From Macrostomum lignano (lineage: Eukaryota): a DNA stretch of 64,000 bases. Position numbers and translations under genes: made by a program. The stretch covers positions 186,001-250,000 of the forward strand of contig NIVC01001330.1 of NCBI GenBank assembly GCA_002269645.1, written 5' to 3'. How positions within the stretch are numbered: position 1 is the first letter of the stretch; each line of letters begins with the position of its first letter. Shown here in pieces: positions 8,251 to 21,900 of the stretch. The notes beneath the pieces are model-generated. The model worked only from the letters and a program-made list of their open reading frames with translations. It was not told the origin of the DNA and ran no database searches.

Positions 8251-8350
8251 CGGCCGCTGTGTGCAAGCAGTGACGGCCGCTGTGTGCAAGCAGTGACGGC
8301 CGCTGTGTGCAAGCAGTGAAGGCCGCTGTGTGCAAGCAGTGACGGCCGCT
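8229..8350 (+). repeat. About 5 x 23-bp tandem repeat spanning the Ly6 stop codon
   Basis: Unit GGCCGCTGTGTGCAAGCAGTGAC. Confidence 0.9.
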
Positions 8351-9053
8351 GCCACCCAGCACTGCTGCGGCAGAGTCGCCTGCGGGAGAAGACCGGGCTG
8401 GATTGGTGGAGCCTGGAACTTTCCTGAATATACATTACTTAGATATATGCATATGCATACTGTCATGAAATATATAGCTTGTTTAAATATGCTGACATAT
8501 TGATTGTTTCAATAACAGTTTCGTTCGTACAATAAAAAATTCAGTTATTACCAAATGACCTGTTGACTCTTTACTCTTAGCATACTGCTTTAATGTATTT
8601 ATTGTAAATTATTTTACACGAGTATATAATGTGCATGCACATGTTTCATTTAATGGAATTTTTTACCTTATTTGGGTACGGACGTGTAATCTTATTCGAA
8701 CGCGTATGCATGTACTCGTATGGACAGCATTTGTGGATCAACGGGTTAGCGAACCGTTTGACACTTCTCACATGATGTACATGCTAAACTAAACAATGGT
8801 AATCTTCACTGCCCCAGGTCGAATGCAATCATTGTATCACGCTGGCGCGCGTTAGATGCACGATTTACTGTGCGTCTAATGTAGGTGTCTATGGCAATTT
8901 TCTATCTGAGTAAAGGCAACAAGCGTGCGTCTAACGCGTGCGTGTAATGCACGGAAAGTGAGTATATTTTAATAAGTATACTTCTGCTACAAGTACAACG
9001 AACGAATAACAGGGAACTGTGTAAACAAGGTAGACTGCGTAGACGATTACCTA

Positions 9054-9512
9054 TCATTGACAGGGAAAGCGAATGAGGATACAAATCAACGTGGCTGGAG
9101 CAAAGTATTCGCCATTCCTCTTGCGAAGTGAGCCATAGAAGTATCGCAATAGACTGTCGATCTCGCGCGGTGTAGAAGTCGCCAAATCACGCTGAACTGA
9201 CGGATGGTTCTCCATGAAGCTCTGCAACTTACCGACATAATATTCGGTAGCCTTTGTCACACTTTTACTAGCAGCGGTGTCCTCGATTTCGGAAACGAGC
9301 TGTTCCAATTCAAGTAGTTCAGCTTCTTCGTCAGGTATCTTCTTGAAAAGTGCCTCCAGAAGATCCTCCTCTTCTCGATCAATTGCCGACTCCGGTAGAT
9401 TATCAGGCTCGTTCAGAATGTCGTCAATCTCATTGGTGGACAAGCCGGAAATCATTTCGTTTGGAAATTTGCGCAGATTCAGAAGTCTGACTTTAGTTGG
9501 TGGCTCAGCCAT
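9054..9512 (-). mobile_element. Crypton (DUF3504-type tyrosine recombinase) N-terminal fragment, truncated
   Basis: KSVTKATEYYVGKLQSF...EIDSLLRYFYGSLRKRNGEYFAPATLICI matches the Crypton/ZMYM-type N-terminal motif; homology stops there. Confidence 0.7.
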
Positions 9513-10649
9513 ATTCTCTCACAAGTGATTTTAATTTAACAGCTTCTTATTCCCTTCTTCGCAACACTCAATCAACTTGCGTGCCTTTCACGCATTTTTG
9601 TCTATGGTTAAGACAAATTAACTGAGCGTGCATCTAACGCGCCATCTAAAGTATTAAGCCAACGTAATACAATGCAACTCATACATCGATTTTTTGTGCT
9701 TAAATGGTCTATGGCACTCGTGCGCTGCGCGCACTCGTGCATAGACCATTTAAGCACGCAAAATCGATGTATGAATCCTACATTTTGTGATAAAAGAACG
9801 ATATTTCCTATCTTTGCAGTGTATTTATTCCAGGAGTCTCTCCTAAAAAATTACACGATCGTTTATTGTCCTGTTATGACATACTGTGGTCATTGGTCCG
9901 ACACTTGACGTTGAATACTGGTGCTCACGGATGTCGAGACTTTCTTCAATGCTCAATCCCTGTCGGGCGATAAATCATTACAAATAACAAGTGACCACGT
10001 GTCAAATACGTGCCTGTGATACGCGTGACGCGAATGCAATGATTCTTGTATAGCTACGAGAGGGAACACACTTCACTGATGTGTTCCATTAATGAGCACA
10101 GATATTTTACGCCATACATCACATTTTTCGACTCGAAAACTTCTAATGACTGTGGTCGTGGAAAGAAATTGTCTCCTGTTGCATAGTTTAAAACCCAGTC
10201 TATGGCCGACATTGTACCATGACATACTTTCCCCCTTTAATCCGTTTATTAACATAGACTACGTTTAGCTTGCATGAATCAACAGTTTCACAACAGTTTC
10301 ACATGTATGTTAGAGAGCGCATTATTAAACCAGCATATAATTGATTAGAAAAAATTCGATGTAACCATAAAACATAGAACAAATGACAGTACTGAGTTAC
10401 GTAAACCACTTCAAACCACTTCTACTTACGTGTATATAAAACACTTGATGCCTTCTAATTATCCAACACAACAGTTGACTCCAGCTAGCTCTCAGTCGAC
10501 TCAAATGACGCGGTTGCAGACGCGACCTGAAACGCACTATAGAAGCAGGTAGTTCAACAGTGGTGGAAGCAGGTGCCACCTTCAGGTCCAGCGCCACTCG
10601 CTTTGGCAGGACTACGGCATCCAGTCTTTTTTGGGTTGATGCAAGCCAG

Positions 10650-11430
10650 GTGTCGTTGCAATCGAAAGCGTCCGCTTTTTTCCATTGAGATAGGCTTGGC
10701 GTAACTAACGACACTTTGCTTTCTTGTCGCCGGAGACGCCCTGAATCCGCTCGGGATTGAATCCTCGTTCCGACAAGGTCATGATCACGGTCGATCGAAT
10801 GGGTACTGGACGATTGAGAAAGGTCGGCAGCTTTAGATAGCTTGTATTACGAGTAATTTCATTAGTTTAGCCAGGCTGTTCTTGTCTAGAACTTCCTTCG
10901 GTCACTAACACTCCACATCGTTTCATTCGGATTCTCCTCTGACGGCTTTGACAAGTAAAGATTCATTTCTTCAACAGGACATTCGGCCTTTTCAGTCACC
11001 GGAAATATGCCTATTTGCTGCCTCTTACTCGTACTTTTACTCTTTGCCGAGACGTTATCCTTCTTTTTCCCTTCACGAGGTCGATGCATTCCACTTCTTC
11101 ATCGCGGCACCTCACGACAACATCCTTTTTGTTGAAAGGTGTAATCACTCACGTCCCCTGAATTCAAAATGGTAAACGATCAGGAAGAACACCGCTTGTT
11201 GCAACTAATTTGGGTCAGCCTGGTCAAAGTACGCAGACAGCTTGCCTAAGTCACCGTCGTCAGTTGCGCTGACAGTCTTATTCAACTCAAAGAATTCTGG
11301 CCTATCGATCAGTGACAGCCCCGCCAGGCAAGCAAGAAGCGATGAATGGCAGTCCGTATACCCACTAGCGTGATGCAACTTTACGCAAAACCGCCAGCCT
11401 TTCGTGCAGTTGAAAACCAGAGCCTTAAAT
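10650..11430 (-). pseudogene. Second, divergent Crypton tyrosine recombinase relic with stops and frameshifts
   Basis: Stitched frames give LRLWFSTARK..LVGIRTAIHRFL..IDRPEFFELNK..DLGKLSAYFDQADPN*LQQAVFFLIVYHFEFRGRE..CPVEEMNLYLSK..HSI/RSTV..LSERGF..IQGVSG(D)K..SVVSYAKP; the catalytic Tyr codon is at 10701-10703. Confidence 0.75.
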
Positions 11431-12443
11431 ACTGGCACTTAAAAACCTCGTTGGCATAGAATCTAGGCTAAGGTGGTAGACTGGAAGGTGGGAAGAGTGG
11501 TAGACAGGAAGACCGGAAGACCCGAAAAACTGGAAGATGCAACATCGGAGGACTGGAAGAACGCAGATTGGAAGACTGGATGATCTGAAGACTGGAATAA
11601 CAGCCCTAGCGACCAATGTCCGCGGCTTTGCGCATATTTTCCTCCGTTCTTGTTTATCTTGTTGGTTGGCGAACCAGTGACTCAAACCAATCGATTCTGC
11701 TAAATTTAGCAGCAGTTGGCACATAAATAGTAGTACATTGGTTGGGCACCCGATCCGACCCCAGTTTCTACACGTCTTTGAAAAGGCAAAACATTCCATG
11801 CTCTCATTCCATGCGTGCCTATGATGTCAACCCCAAAGAGTCTCAACAAAGTTCCCGCTCTTCTACTAAAGTCCTCTTTGAAATCCCTGTTTGACAAGAG
11901 CGCTCGAGCACAGAACGCGAATTCTTTGACAGGGAGACCAGACGGCTCTGAAGGCATCTTTGCGATAGCGAGCCAGCAGGGCAACAAAGATGATGGATGC
12001 AGTTATGGAGAATGCTGGTCTGCGCCAATGTCGGGGCCGATTTCGCGAAGTAAAATGAAGCAGGTAAGGACCCACAATGTCTACTACAATATAGATTGAT
12101 TAGTAAAATTTTGGCATCGCCAAGTATATTATAATCAATTAAACAAGTAAAAGAAAACATTTTACAAAGTTTCAAGAATTGCAATTGAAACTCTAACAAT
12201 GGGAAATACTATTTTTTGGCTTAACTAATAAGTTTAGCTTAAGTGAATCTTGCAGTGGATTGTACGCTAATATGAGTGCATGATAATAAATTTAATTGCT
12301 CATAAATCACTGCTCACTGGCCCGTCTGGGCGCTTCGTTAACATCTGAATATGAATATGAATGTGAGCTTAAATTTTTATTGAAACAATCGAGAGTGCCT
12401 TGCAGAGCTGTTTATTTTAATGCTTAAATCTACAGCATTGGAA

Positions 12444-13273
12444 CACAGCTGACACCCACACAACTGACACCCGCACAGCTGACACCCACACAGCTGACCC
12501 CCACACAGCTGACACAGCTGACACTCACACAGCTGACACAGCTGACACCCACACAGCTGAAACAGCTGACACCCACACAGCTGACACCGCACAGCTGACA
12601 GAGCTGACACCCACACAGCTGACAGAGCTGACACCCACACAGCTGACACTCACACAGCTGACACCCACACAACTGACACTCACACAGCTGACACCCACAC
12701 AGCTGACACTCACACAGCTGACAGCCACACAGCTGATACCCACACAGCTGCTACCCACACACCTGACACCCACACAGCTGACACCCGCACAGCTGACACA
12801 GCTGACACCCACACAGCTGACACAGCTGACACCCACACAACTGACACTCACACAGCTGACACCCGCACAGCTGACACCCGCACAGCTGACACAGCTGACA
12901 CCCACACAGCTGACACCCGCACAGCTGACACAGCTGACACCCACACAGCTGACATTCACACAGCTGACACCCACACAGCTGACACTCACACAGCTGACAC
13001 CCACACAGCTGACACAGCTGATACCCACACAGCTGACACCCACACAGCTGACACTCACACAGCTGACACAGCTGACACCCACACAGCTGACACCCACACA
13101 GCTGACACCCACACAGCTGACACCCGCACAGCTGACACCCGCACAGCTGACACCCGCACAGCTGACATCCACACAGCTGACATCCACACAGCTGACACCC
13201 GAAATGCTGACATCCACACAGCTGACACTCACACAGCTGACACCCACACAGCTGACACCCGAACAGCTGACAT
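12444..13273. repeat. 15-bp minisatellite (CAGCTGACACCCACA) with shorter variants
   Basis: Direct inspection. Confidence 0.95.
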
Positions 13274-13438
13274 CGGGTGTCACTGATTTATCAAATGTGC
13301 AGGTGAAGTTTAACATATTTTATAAGTGACATTTCCACATAATGGTTAATTGCGTCCTCCTAAGCACTGTGGATGCTCTGCAGTGGTATGCAGGTGGGCC
13401 AAGGCCTGTGAATACACTCAGCTAAGTTATTTGGATTC

Positions 13439-14064
<626 letters not shown>

Positions 14065-14127
14065 TGCACCAAAGACTCAAGCGGCTGCTGGATGGGACAG
14101 GCAGGAACTCCTGACTGCCTTTGAGTG

Positions 14128-14338
14128 ATATGGCTGCTCAGTTTGAGTTCGTTTCATATGGCTGCTCAGTTTGAGTGCGTTTCATATGGCTGCTCAGTTT
14201 GAGTGCGTTTCATATGGCTGCTCAGTTTGAGTGCGTTTCATATGGCTGCTCAGTTTGAGTGCGTTTCATATGGCTGCTCAGTTTGAGTGCGTTTCATATG
14301 GCTGCTCAGTTTGAGTGCGTTTCATATGGCTGCTCAGT
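14128..14338. repeat. 28-bp minisatellite (ATATGGCTGCTCAGTTTGAGTGCGTTTC), about 7.5 copies
   Basis: Direct inspection. Confidence 0.93.
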
Positions 14339-15211
14339 GCAGCGTTGTGGGGATTGCAGCACATTGCTATGGGGGTTGCCATGGGAGCTTAATTATATAG
14401 CTTCATCATTGCATTTGCTTTGCTGGATCCCAGTTGCTGGGCCAGCCTCCCAGATCCCAGTTGCTGGGCCAGCCTCCAATTGATTGCAATTTAAATAATT
14501 TGTGTCCAATCAGCCACTGCAAAACGCCCATATGAATGCATTCGCAGGTCCTGAAGGTGCATTGCATCATTGCTTCTCATGTTTTTAGCAGTGCCGTTTT
14601 CTTACACAGTTTTTTAATCTGAAATTTGCCCTGCCAGGCCGTCTGCCAACTACTTTTAAAACTTTTATTGCTAAACATTTATTGAATATTGAATATTTTA
14701 CATTTGAGTTTGTGCAGCAGGGTGAATGGGTCCTGTTTATATTATGAAAGAATTTGTTACCAAAAGTTGTCATGAATATTTGTGCTGCTCTGAAGTCACC
14801 CAGTTGCATACTTATCTTTTACATTATTTTCAAGTATTTTTGTTTATACTACTACCAACATTGTCAGTAGTAGTCCATCAATTGTCGGTTAAAAATAGCA
14901 ATGTATTAATCCATTAGAATTGTGCATATTTGCGTCATAAAGTACCTTCTTAACGGCCTGTTTTCATATTTTGCACTGGCACTTGTTACCTGCACAGTGT
15001 TTAGATGCATTTTTATGTAAAATATGCTGACTTTTTTATATTGTTGTTTAGCGCTCTGGCTTTACTAATTGAATGTTAATTCATTTCTCTCGCGGCAGCT
15101 CAATGTTCAACTCCAGCTATTGACATGTACATTTCCATTGTATAAATATCTGATATGATTATCCATTGCGTTTATTAGTGCTCACTTATTTTTTCATAAT
15201 CCTGAGCTGTC

Positions 15212-15625
15212 TGCATGTTTTCTCGTGGCTTTTATCGCGTCTCATCATGGTCTTTCTCATGTCTTCTCATGGCATTTATCGCGTCTCATCATGGTCTTTC
15301 TCATGTCTTCTCATGGCTTTTATCGCGTCTCATCATGGTCTTTCTCATGTCTTCTCATGGCTTTTATGGCGTCTCATCATGGTCTTTCTCATGTCTTCTC
15401 ATGGCTTTTATCGCGTCTCATTATGGTCTTTCTCATGTCTTCTCATGGCTTTTATCGCGTCTCATTATGGTCTTTCTCATGTCTTCTCACGGAATTTATC
15501 GCGTCTCATCATGGTCTTTCTCATGTCTTCTCATGGCTTTTATGGCGTCTCATCATGGTTTTTCTCATGTCTTCTCATGGCTTTTATGGCGTCTCATCAT
15601 GGTTTTTCTTATGTCTTCTCATCAC
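15212..15625. repeat. 44-bp minisatellite (TTCTCATGGCTTTTATCGCGTCTCATCATGGTCTTTCTCATGTC)
   Basis: Direct inspection. Confidence 0.92.
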
Positions 15626-15649
15626 TCTCATTTTTTATCTTCCACTCAC

Positions 15650-16460
15650 CTATCTCCCTCTAATCCCATCTCCCTCTCACCCCATCTCCCCCTCACCCCA
15701 TCTCCCTCTAACCCCATCTCCCTCTAACCCCATCTCCCTCTCACCCCATCTCCCTCTCACCCCATCTCCCTCTAACCCCATCTCCCTCTAACCCCATCTC
15801 CCTCTAACCCCATCTCCCTCTCACCCCATCTCCCTCTCACCCCATCTCCCTCTAACCCCATCTCCCTCTCATCCCATCTCCCTCTCACCCCATCTCCCCC
15901 TCACCCCATCTCCCTCTCACCCCATCTCCCTCTAACCCCATCTCCCTCTCACCCCATCTCCCTCTCACCCCATCTCCCTCTCACCCCATCTCCCTCTAAC
16001 CCCATCTCCCTCTCACCCCATCTCCCTCTAACCCCATCTCCCCCTCACCCCATCTCCCCCTCACCCCATCTCCCTCTCACCCCATCTCCCTCTCACCCCA
16101 TCTCCCTCTAACCCCATCTCCCTCTCACCCCATCTCCCTCTAACCCCATCTCCCTCTAACCCCATCTCCCTCTCACCCCATCTCCCCCTCACCCCATCTC
16201 CCTCTAACCCCATCTCCCTCTCACCCCATCTCCCTCTAACCCCATCTCCCTCTCACCCTATCTCCCTCTCACCCCATCTCCCTCTCACCCCATCTCCCTC
16301 TAACCCCGTCTCCCTCTCACCCCATCTCCCTCTAACCCCATCTCCCTCTCACCCCATCTCCCTCTCACCCCATCTCCCTCTCACCCCATCTCCCTCTAAC
16401 CCCATCTCCCTCTCACCCCATCTCCCTCTAACCCCATCTCCCTCTAACCCCATCTCCCTC
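15650..16460. repeat. 16-bp C-rich minisatellite (ACCCCATCTCCCTCTC/A)
   Basis: Direct inspection. Confidence 0.95.
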
Positions 16461-16642
16461 ATACCAGCCCCCCTTACCCGCTCATTTTGAGTTATTGGAG
16501 TTATTTCGGATATTCGGCACTGCGGGTTTTCAGGTGCGAGCCTCGCACTCACAATTGGGCCTTTGGAGGCCAGCGTGAGTGAAAGTCTATCTGTCATGTA
16601 GGCAGACTACGGGATATGGCAGGAAAATTAAAACCGCTATTT

Positions 16643-17383
16643 GCTGGGACTGGAGCTGGGACTGGAGCTGGGCCTGGGGCTGGGGCTGGGACTGGGGCTG
16701 GGGCTGGGACTGGGCCTGGGGCTGGGACTGGGACTGGGCCTGGGGCTGGGGCTGGGACTGGGCCTGGGGCTGGGCCTGGGGCTGGGGCTGGGGCTGGGAC
16801 TGGGACTGGGCCTGGGGCTGGGACTGGGCCTGGGGCTGGGGCTGGGACTGGGCCTGGGGCTGGGGCTGGGGCTGGGACTGGGACTGGGCCTGGGGCTGGG
16901 ACTGGGCCTGGGGCTGGGGCTGGGGCTGGGGCTGGGGCTGGGACTGGGACAGGGACTGGGCCTGGGGCTGGGACTGGGGCTGGGCCTGGGGCTGGGGCTG
17001 GGGCTGGGACTGGGCCTGGGCCTGGGCCTGGGGCTGGGACTGGGCCTGGGGCTGGGGCTGGGACTGGGACTGGGCCTGGGGCTGGGGCTGGGGCTGGGGC
17101 TGGGGCTGGGGCTGGGACTGGGACTGGGCCTGGGGCTGGGGCTGGGACTGGGCCTGGGGCTGGGGCTGGGACTGGGCCTGGGGCTGGGGCTGGGCCTGGG
17201 GCTGGGGCTGGGGCTGGGGCTGGGACTGGGACTGGGCCTGGGGCTGGGGCTGGGGCTGGGACTGGGGCTGGGCCTGGGGCTGGGGCTGCGGCTGGGACTG
17301 GGCCTGGGCCTGGGGCTGGGACTGGGCCTGGGGCTGGGGCTGGGACTGGGACTGGGGCTGGGGCTGGGGCTGGGGCTGGGGCT
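16643..17383. repeat. G-rich hexamer repeat (GGGCTG/GGACTG/GGCCTG variants)
   Basis: Direct inspection. Confidence 0.95.
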
Positions 17384-18971
17384 CAGAACGTTGAAACTTA
17401 AGTTTAAAAGTGCACCTCTGAAACCAGTGCACTGAGAAGCCTTGGCATATTAGCAATTCAAATGCCTGCTGTTGTTGACTGCGAGCTCAGCACCACCTCA
17501 TTCTGCATCATTTAGAGCTGCCAGCCTCCTCACCGCAGAGGCTCTGAGCAGCTCATTGTGCCTCCGCACTGACCGCCTTCTGTTCTGCTAAACAGAAGAA
17601 ATTCTTGTCAGATCATCCGAGCTGCACCGCTTCGGACTGCCTTTGGCTTGGGACTCCTCAAAGCACCGCTCACTGCACTCTCTTCTCAGCTTATCTTAGC
17701 TGCACACCTGTGCAATTGCAGGCAGCCCAGCCCCATCTGCACCTGCCTGCCCTCTCTCGGACCCCCTGCCGCTGCCCCGCTCTGCAGCAGCAGCTCTGAG
17801 TCAGTGCGAACTTATGGACAGCAGCTTGACAACAAGGAGAGTAATGGGATTTGCTGCTCACCTGCTAAAGCTGCTCAGTAATGAACTCAACTGATTCCCC
17901 ATCCAGCATGCACTCTGCCTGCAGCCTTTGCATTTTCTAGCTCAGATTTCATCAGCCAGCAGCTCGGTGCCTGCCCAGGACAGTGCGGGACTCACATATG
18001 GGCTGATTTTGGATTCCACACAGTTTATCTGTGCACTGCGGCTGCCTGCCTTTTTTATTGCATTTTGCATTCGGTGACCGGCAGTTCAGCATTTCACTGC
18101 TGAGATTGTCAACTCCACAATCTCAGCTTCTCCATTTTCCATCAGATCCGCTGCGCTGCTCATCTCTGCAGCCTCATCGCTATGAGCATCGGCAAGCAGT
18201 GGAAACTCGGTGGCTGTTCGGGACGCAGAGCTCGCGCCTCGCTGCCCAGAGGGAGGGTGGCTGCCCCCCCCTCCAGCCCCACCTCATCTGCATCATTTAG
18301 AGCTGCCAGCCTCCTCACTGCAGAGGCTCTGAGCAGCTCATTGTGCCTCCGGACTGACCGCCTTCTGCTCTCATGAAATGCTGAATTTCTTGGCAGCTCC
18401 TTTGCACCTCATCGTCTCAGCTGCCCGCTTCGGACCGCCTCAGACTTGGGGTGGCTCTCAGCCTCGAGTCTCTCAGCATCTCCACAAAGCACTGCCCACT
18501 GACCTCTCAGCTCTAGGGCAGTCTGGGCCACTCAAAATCGGTATGTGTCTCTCACCTGCATGCACAAGCTCTATCTATCAGCCACCTGTCTGTCTGTATT
18601 GTCAGCATCTGCCTCTCTGACATCCCCACTGCCCTTCCTCCTCTCGCCCCTCGCACTCGCAAAGTAAATTTATAAAGAATTTTTTTGAGAATTCAATTAT
18701 ATGCTCCACTCAGCTATGTGGCAAATGAAGATTTTATATTTGGGTTTGGCAGCTGACAAAAACTTTATAATTCGTTTTACGTAGCTGGGTCGAGGGAAGC
18801 TAAATGTACCAATAAACTATAAATCAACCAAGCTAGTGACCGCAAATCTAATCTAAACAAAGCAAAAAGGATTTACTGTGACTCAGATGAATCACACCAA
18901 TAGTAGCCGCATTTTGTGGGAAGATTAGTGGGATCGGAATTAAGGCGAACCAACAACCAGCTCAGCTTCTG

Positions 18972-21900
18972 TCAGTTCCCTGCGCCGAAAAGCGAGCTCA
19001 GCAATCGCGTTTTCAGCTTCCCACCCGTCAGGAACTCGTGCCCCAGCAGCTCCTGCGCGGATCTTCTCCTCCTGCGGTCCTTGGCGGTGCAGCGGCTGTA
19101 GAAATCCCTCAGCTTTGCGGACCGGCCATCCGGCAGGGCAGGGGCGCCGCTCTTCTTGAGCAGCTCGGGCACCGCCCATGGGTTGCTGCACTTTGAAAAC
19201 GGCCTCGCACCAGACGTCATCTGGAAGACCGAGCAGCCGAACGCCCAGATGTCCGACTCTCTGCTGTACTGCACGCTGTCCGACTCTCCCGCTCCGAGCA
19301 GCTCTGGCGCCATGAAGTTCAGAGTGCCTTTGGGTGACTGAGTGGAGGCTGAGATGTGGCTGACTGACTGCTCCAGCTTGATTGACAGGCCGAAGTCGAT
19401 CAGCTTGATTCGCGTGTTTTCAGCACAAACGATTATGTTCGAGCAGTTGATGTCTCTGTGGATCACGGGCGGCTGCCGGCTGTGCAGGTAGAGCAGCGCG
19501 CGGCAGATCTGCGAGCGGTCGGTCAGTGAGCAGTCATCATTCCTGCGTATAAGGAACAGGAACATCAAGGATGCACAATGCTCACCTGTTGGCTGAATTC
19601 TCGAATCGTCAGCTCGTCCAGCGGCTTGTTGTCGATAAACCTCTCCAAGCTTCGGCCGTCTAGCAGCTCCATGAACACAACGACTGCGGCGGGCTCCGGC
19701 TTAGCGATGTGCAAGAACCTGACGATGTTGGGATGCCGCAGTCGGCACAGGTTTCTCTCGCTCTCGACAGCTCTGTGGATCTCTGTGCTCACAGCGGGCA
19801 GCTCATCACCGAGCTGCACAGGCAGTCTGAGAGTCTTGGCAGCGCACGTGACGCCCGTGTCAGTTCGAACTTCGTGGACATCGCCGAAGCCTCCGCGGCC
19901 GATGAGACGAACGGTTTCCCAGCGCTCCAGGAACGGGGGGCCTACGGGTCTGAGGGGATGCAAATTTAGACAATGAAGGGATAATTTGCATGCTGTAGCT
20001 GTGTGCTGTAGCTGTGTGCTGTAGCTGTGTGCTGTAGCTGTGTGCTGTAGCTGTGTGTGCTGTAGTTGTAGCTGATGTAGCTGTGTGCTGTAGCTGTGTG
20101 CTGTAGCTGTGTGTGCTGTAGCTGTGTGCTGTAGCTGTGTGTGCTGTAGCTGTGTGTGCTGTAGCTGTGTGCTGTAGCTGTGTGTGCTGTAGCTGTGTGT
20201 GCTGTAGCTGTGTGTGCTGTAGCTGTGTGCTGTAGCTGTGTGCTGTAGCTGTGTGCTGTAGCTGTGTGCTGTAGCTGTGTGCTGTAGCTGTGTGCTGTAG
20301 CTGTGTGCTGTAGCTGTATGCTGTAGCTGTGTGCTGTAGCTGTGTGCTGTAGCTGTGTGCTGTAGCTGTGTGCTGTAGCGAACTCACAGAGTCTCATCGA
20401 AGTAGATCACTTCTTCTAATCTAAAAAAGTTGACCGTATTTTTTTAGAATTTTAGTCACGTAATAATACAGACTATAGAAATATACAGCCTCTGCATATG
20501 TAGCTAGAATTCTAAGAATTACTACGATAATTTTGACAAATATTTCTTGCAATCTTCATTCTCTGTAAACTGAGACTCAATCTTTCTGATTTTTGACTCA
20601 GCAAACTGCTTGCTGGTGTCTCACAGCTCGCAGGCAGCTGAACATTAATATTCAACTGGCAATCTGCAGTCAAAGTGCACTGCAAACTCCCTCAATGCAG
20701 CTCAGTCAGTGTCTGCTGCCCATTTAAACTACAAAAATGTAAAAATGCCCACTCAGAGCAACTGCAGTCAGCTGCTCAATATTCAATCATTAATTACAGC
20801 ATAATGTTTATCAATGATAAATCAAAGTCAGAGAGACATTCTCAGTCGCCATGGAAACTCACCCACGCAGCAGCTCAGCCAGTTCGCTCTTTCCCTCCTG
20901 TGTGGCCAAATCCAGCGCAGTCCTGCCGTCTCTGTTCTTCAGGCTCCAATCCGCCCCTGAGTCCAGCAGAACCCGACCGACTGCGGCGGCGGTGGCGGGG
21001 GGCGCAAATTCGGCTGCCACCATGAGCGGTGTGGATTTCAACTTATCCCTGGCATTGGCGGAGGCTCCGGCAGCCAGCAGAGCGGAGGCTGCGGCAGAAT
21101 TGCCAGCGTTAGCTGCATGGTGCAGGCAGCTGTCAGCCCATCTATCAGCATAGGTGGGGTCACCCAGCTGCACCAGCTGCTCCCACAGAGCCTCATCACC
21201 GCACGAGTAGTTGTGAGCTGCCCACATCAACGCTGTGCGACCAAATCCGTCAGGCAGGTCGCAGCTGCCGCGGGTCGCCGCTCGCCGCAGCCCCGCCGAG
21301 TCGCCCGCCTCGGCCAGCCGCTGCAGTTCCTGTCGATCCGCCTCCTCCTGCAAAGGCGAGCGGGAAATTTGAGCACAGCTGCTCAGCTGCAGCCGCATCG
21401 GCACCGCAGATGCCGCTCACCTGGTCTGTCGGGCCGGAGATCCAGCCATCTGCATCCACAACCAGCCGCGTCTCCCTGCAACAACAAAAATGAGCTGCGA
21501 ATTTGAGATTTTCTCAAATCCGACAACTACGATTGCAAAAATTAAATTCCAAGTTGTACGATAAAGTTTGCATGATAAATTTAGTAAACAGAGATTCTTA
21601 ATTATCTGAGCTGCTCGCAGATGGAGTTTCCAAGAGGACTGCAGCAGCTCTGCAACAATCAGCATCGGCGAGAGCGCATCCGACTTCTCACACGCAGCTC
21701 ATTTTCCATTTCTGCAGCATGAGTTTCCTTCCATCTCACAATGTCTCACAAAGCACTCACGCACAGCCTCCCAGTTCTCCATCTGCAGCTCAACCCACAC
21801 ACTCTCACTGCACACCGAGGCCCTACAGCTTCCATTCTCGACTGAGATCAACCGGCACCCCATTGGCTGTGAGGCAGCCAGCCAATCACAGCTCTCGCCC

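Noticed and set aside
10886-11089. hAT dimerisation domain
   Set aside because: CPVEEMNLYLSK and the flanking frames fit the Crypton recombinase better.
9054-11430. A single circularly permuted Crypton
   Set aside because: The 10650-11430 relic has its own, different N-terminal motif (LRLWFSTARK), so two elements are more parsimonious.
11706-11987. BTB-like ORF
   Set aside because: The resemblance is superficial, with no convincing HR.VL..S..F motif or exon structure.
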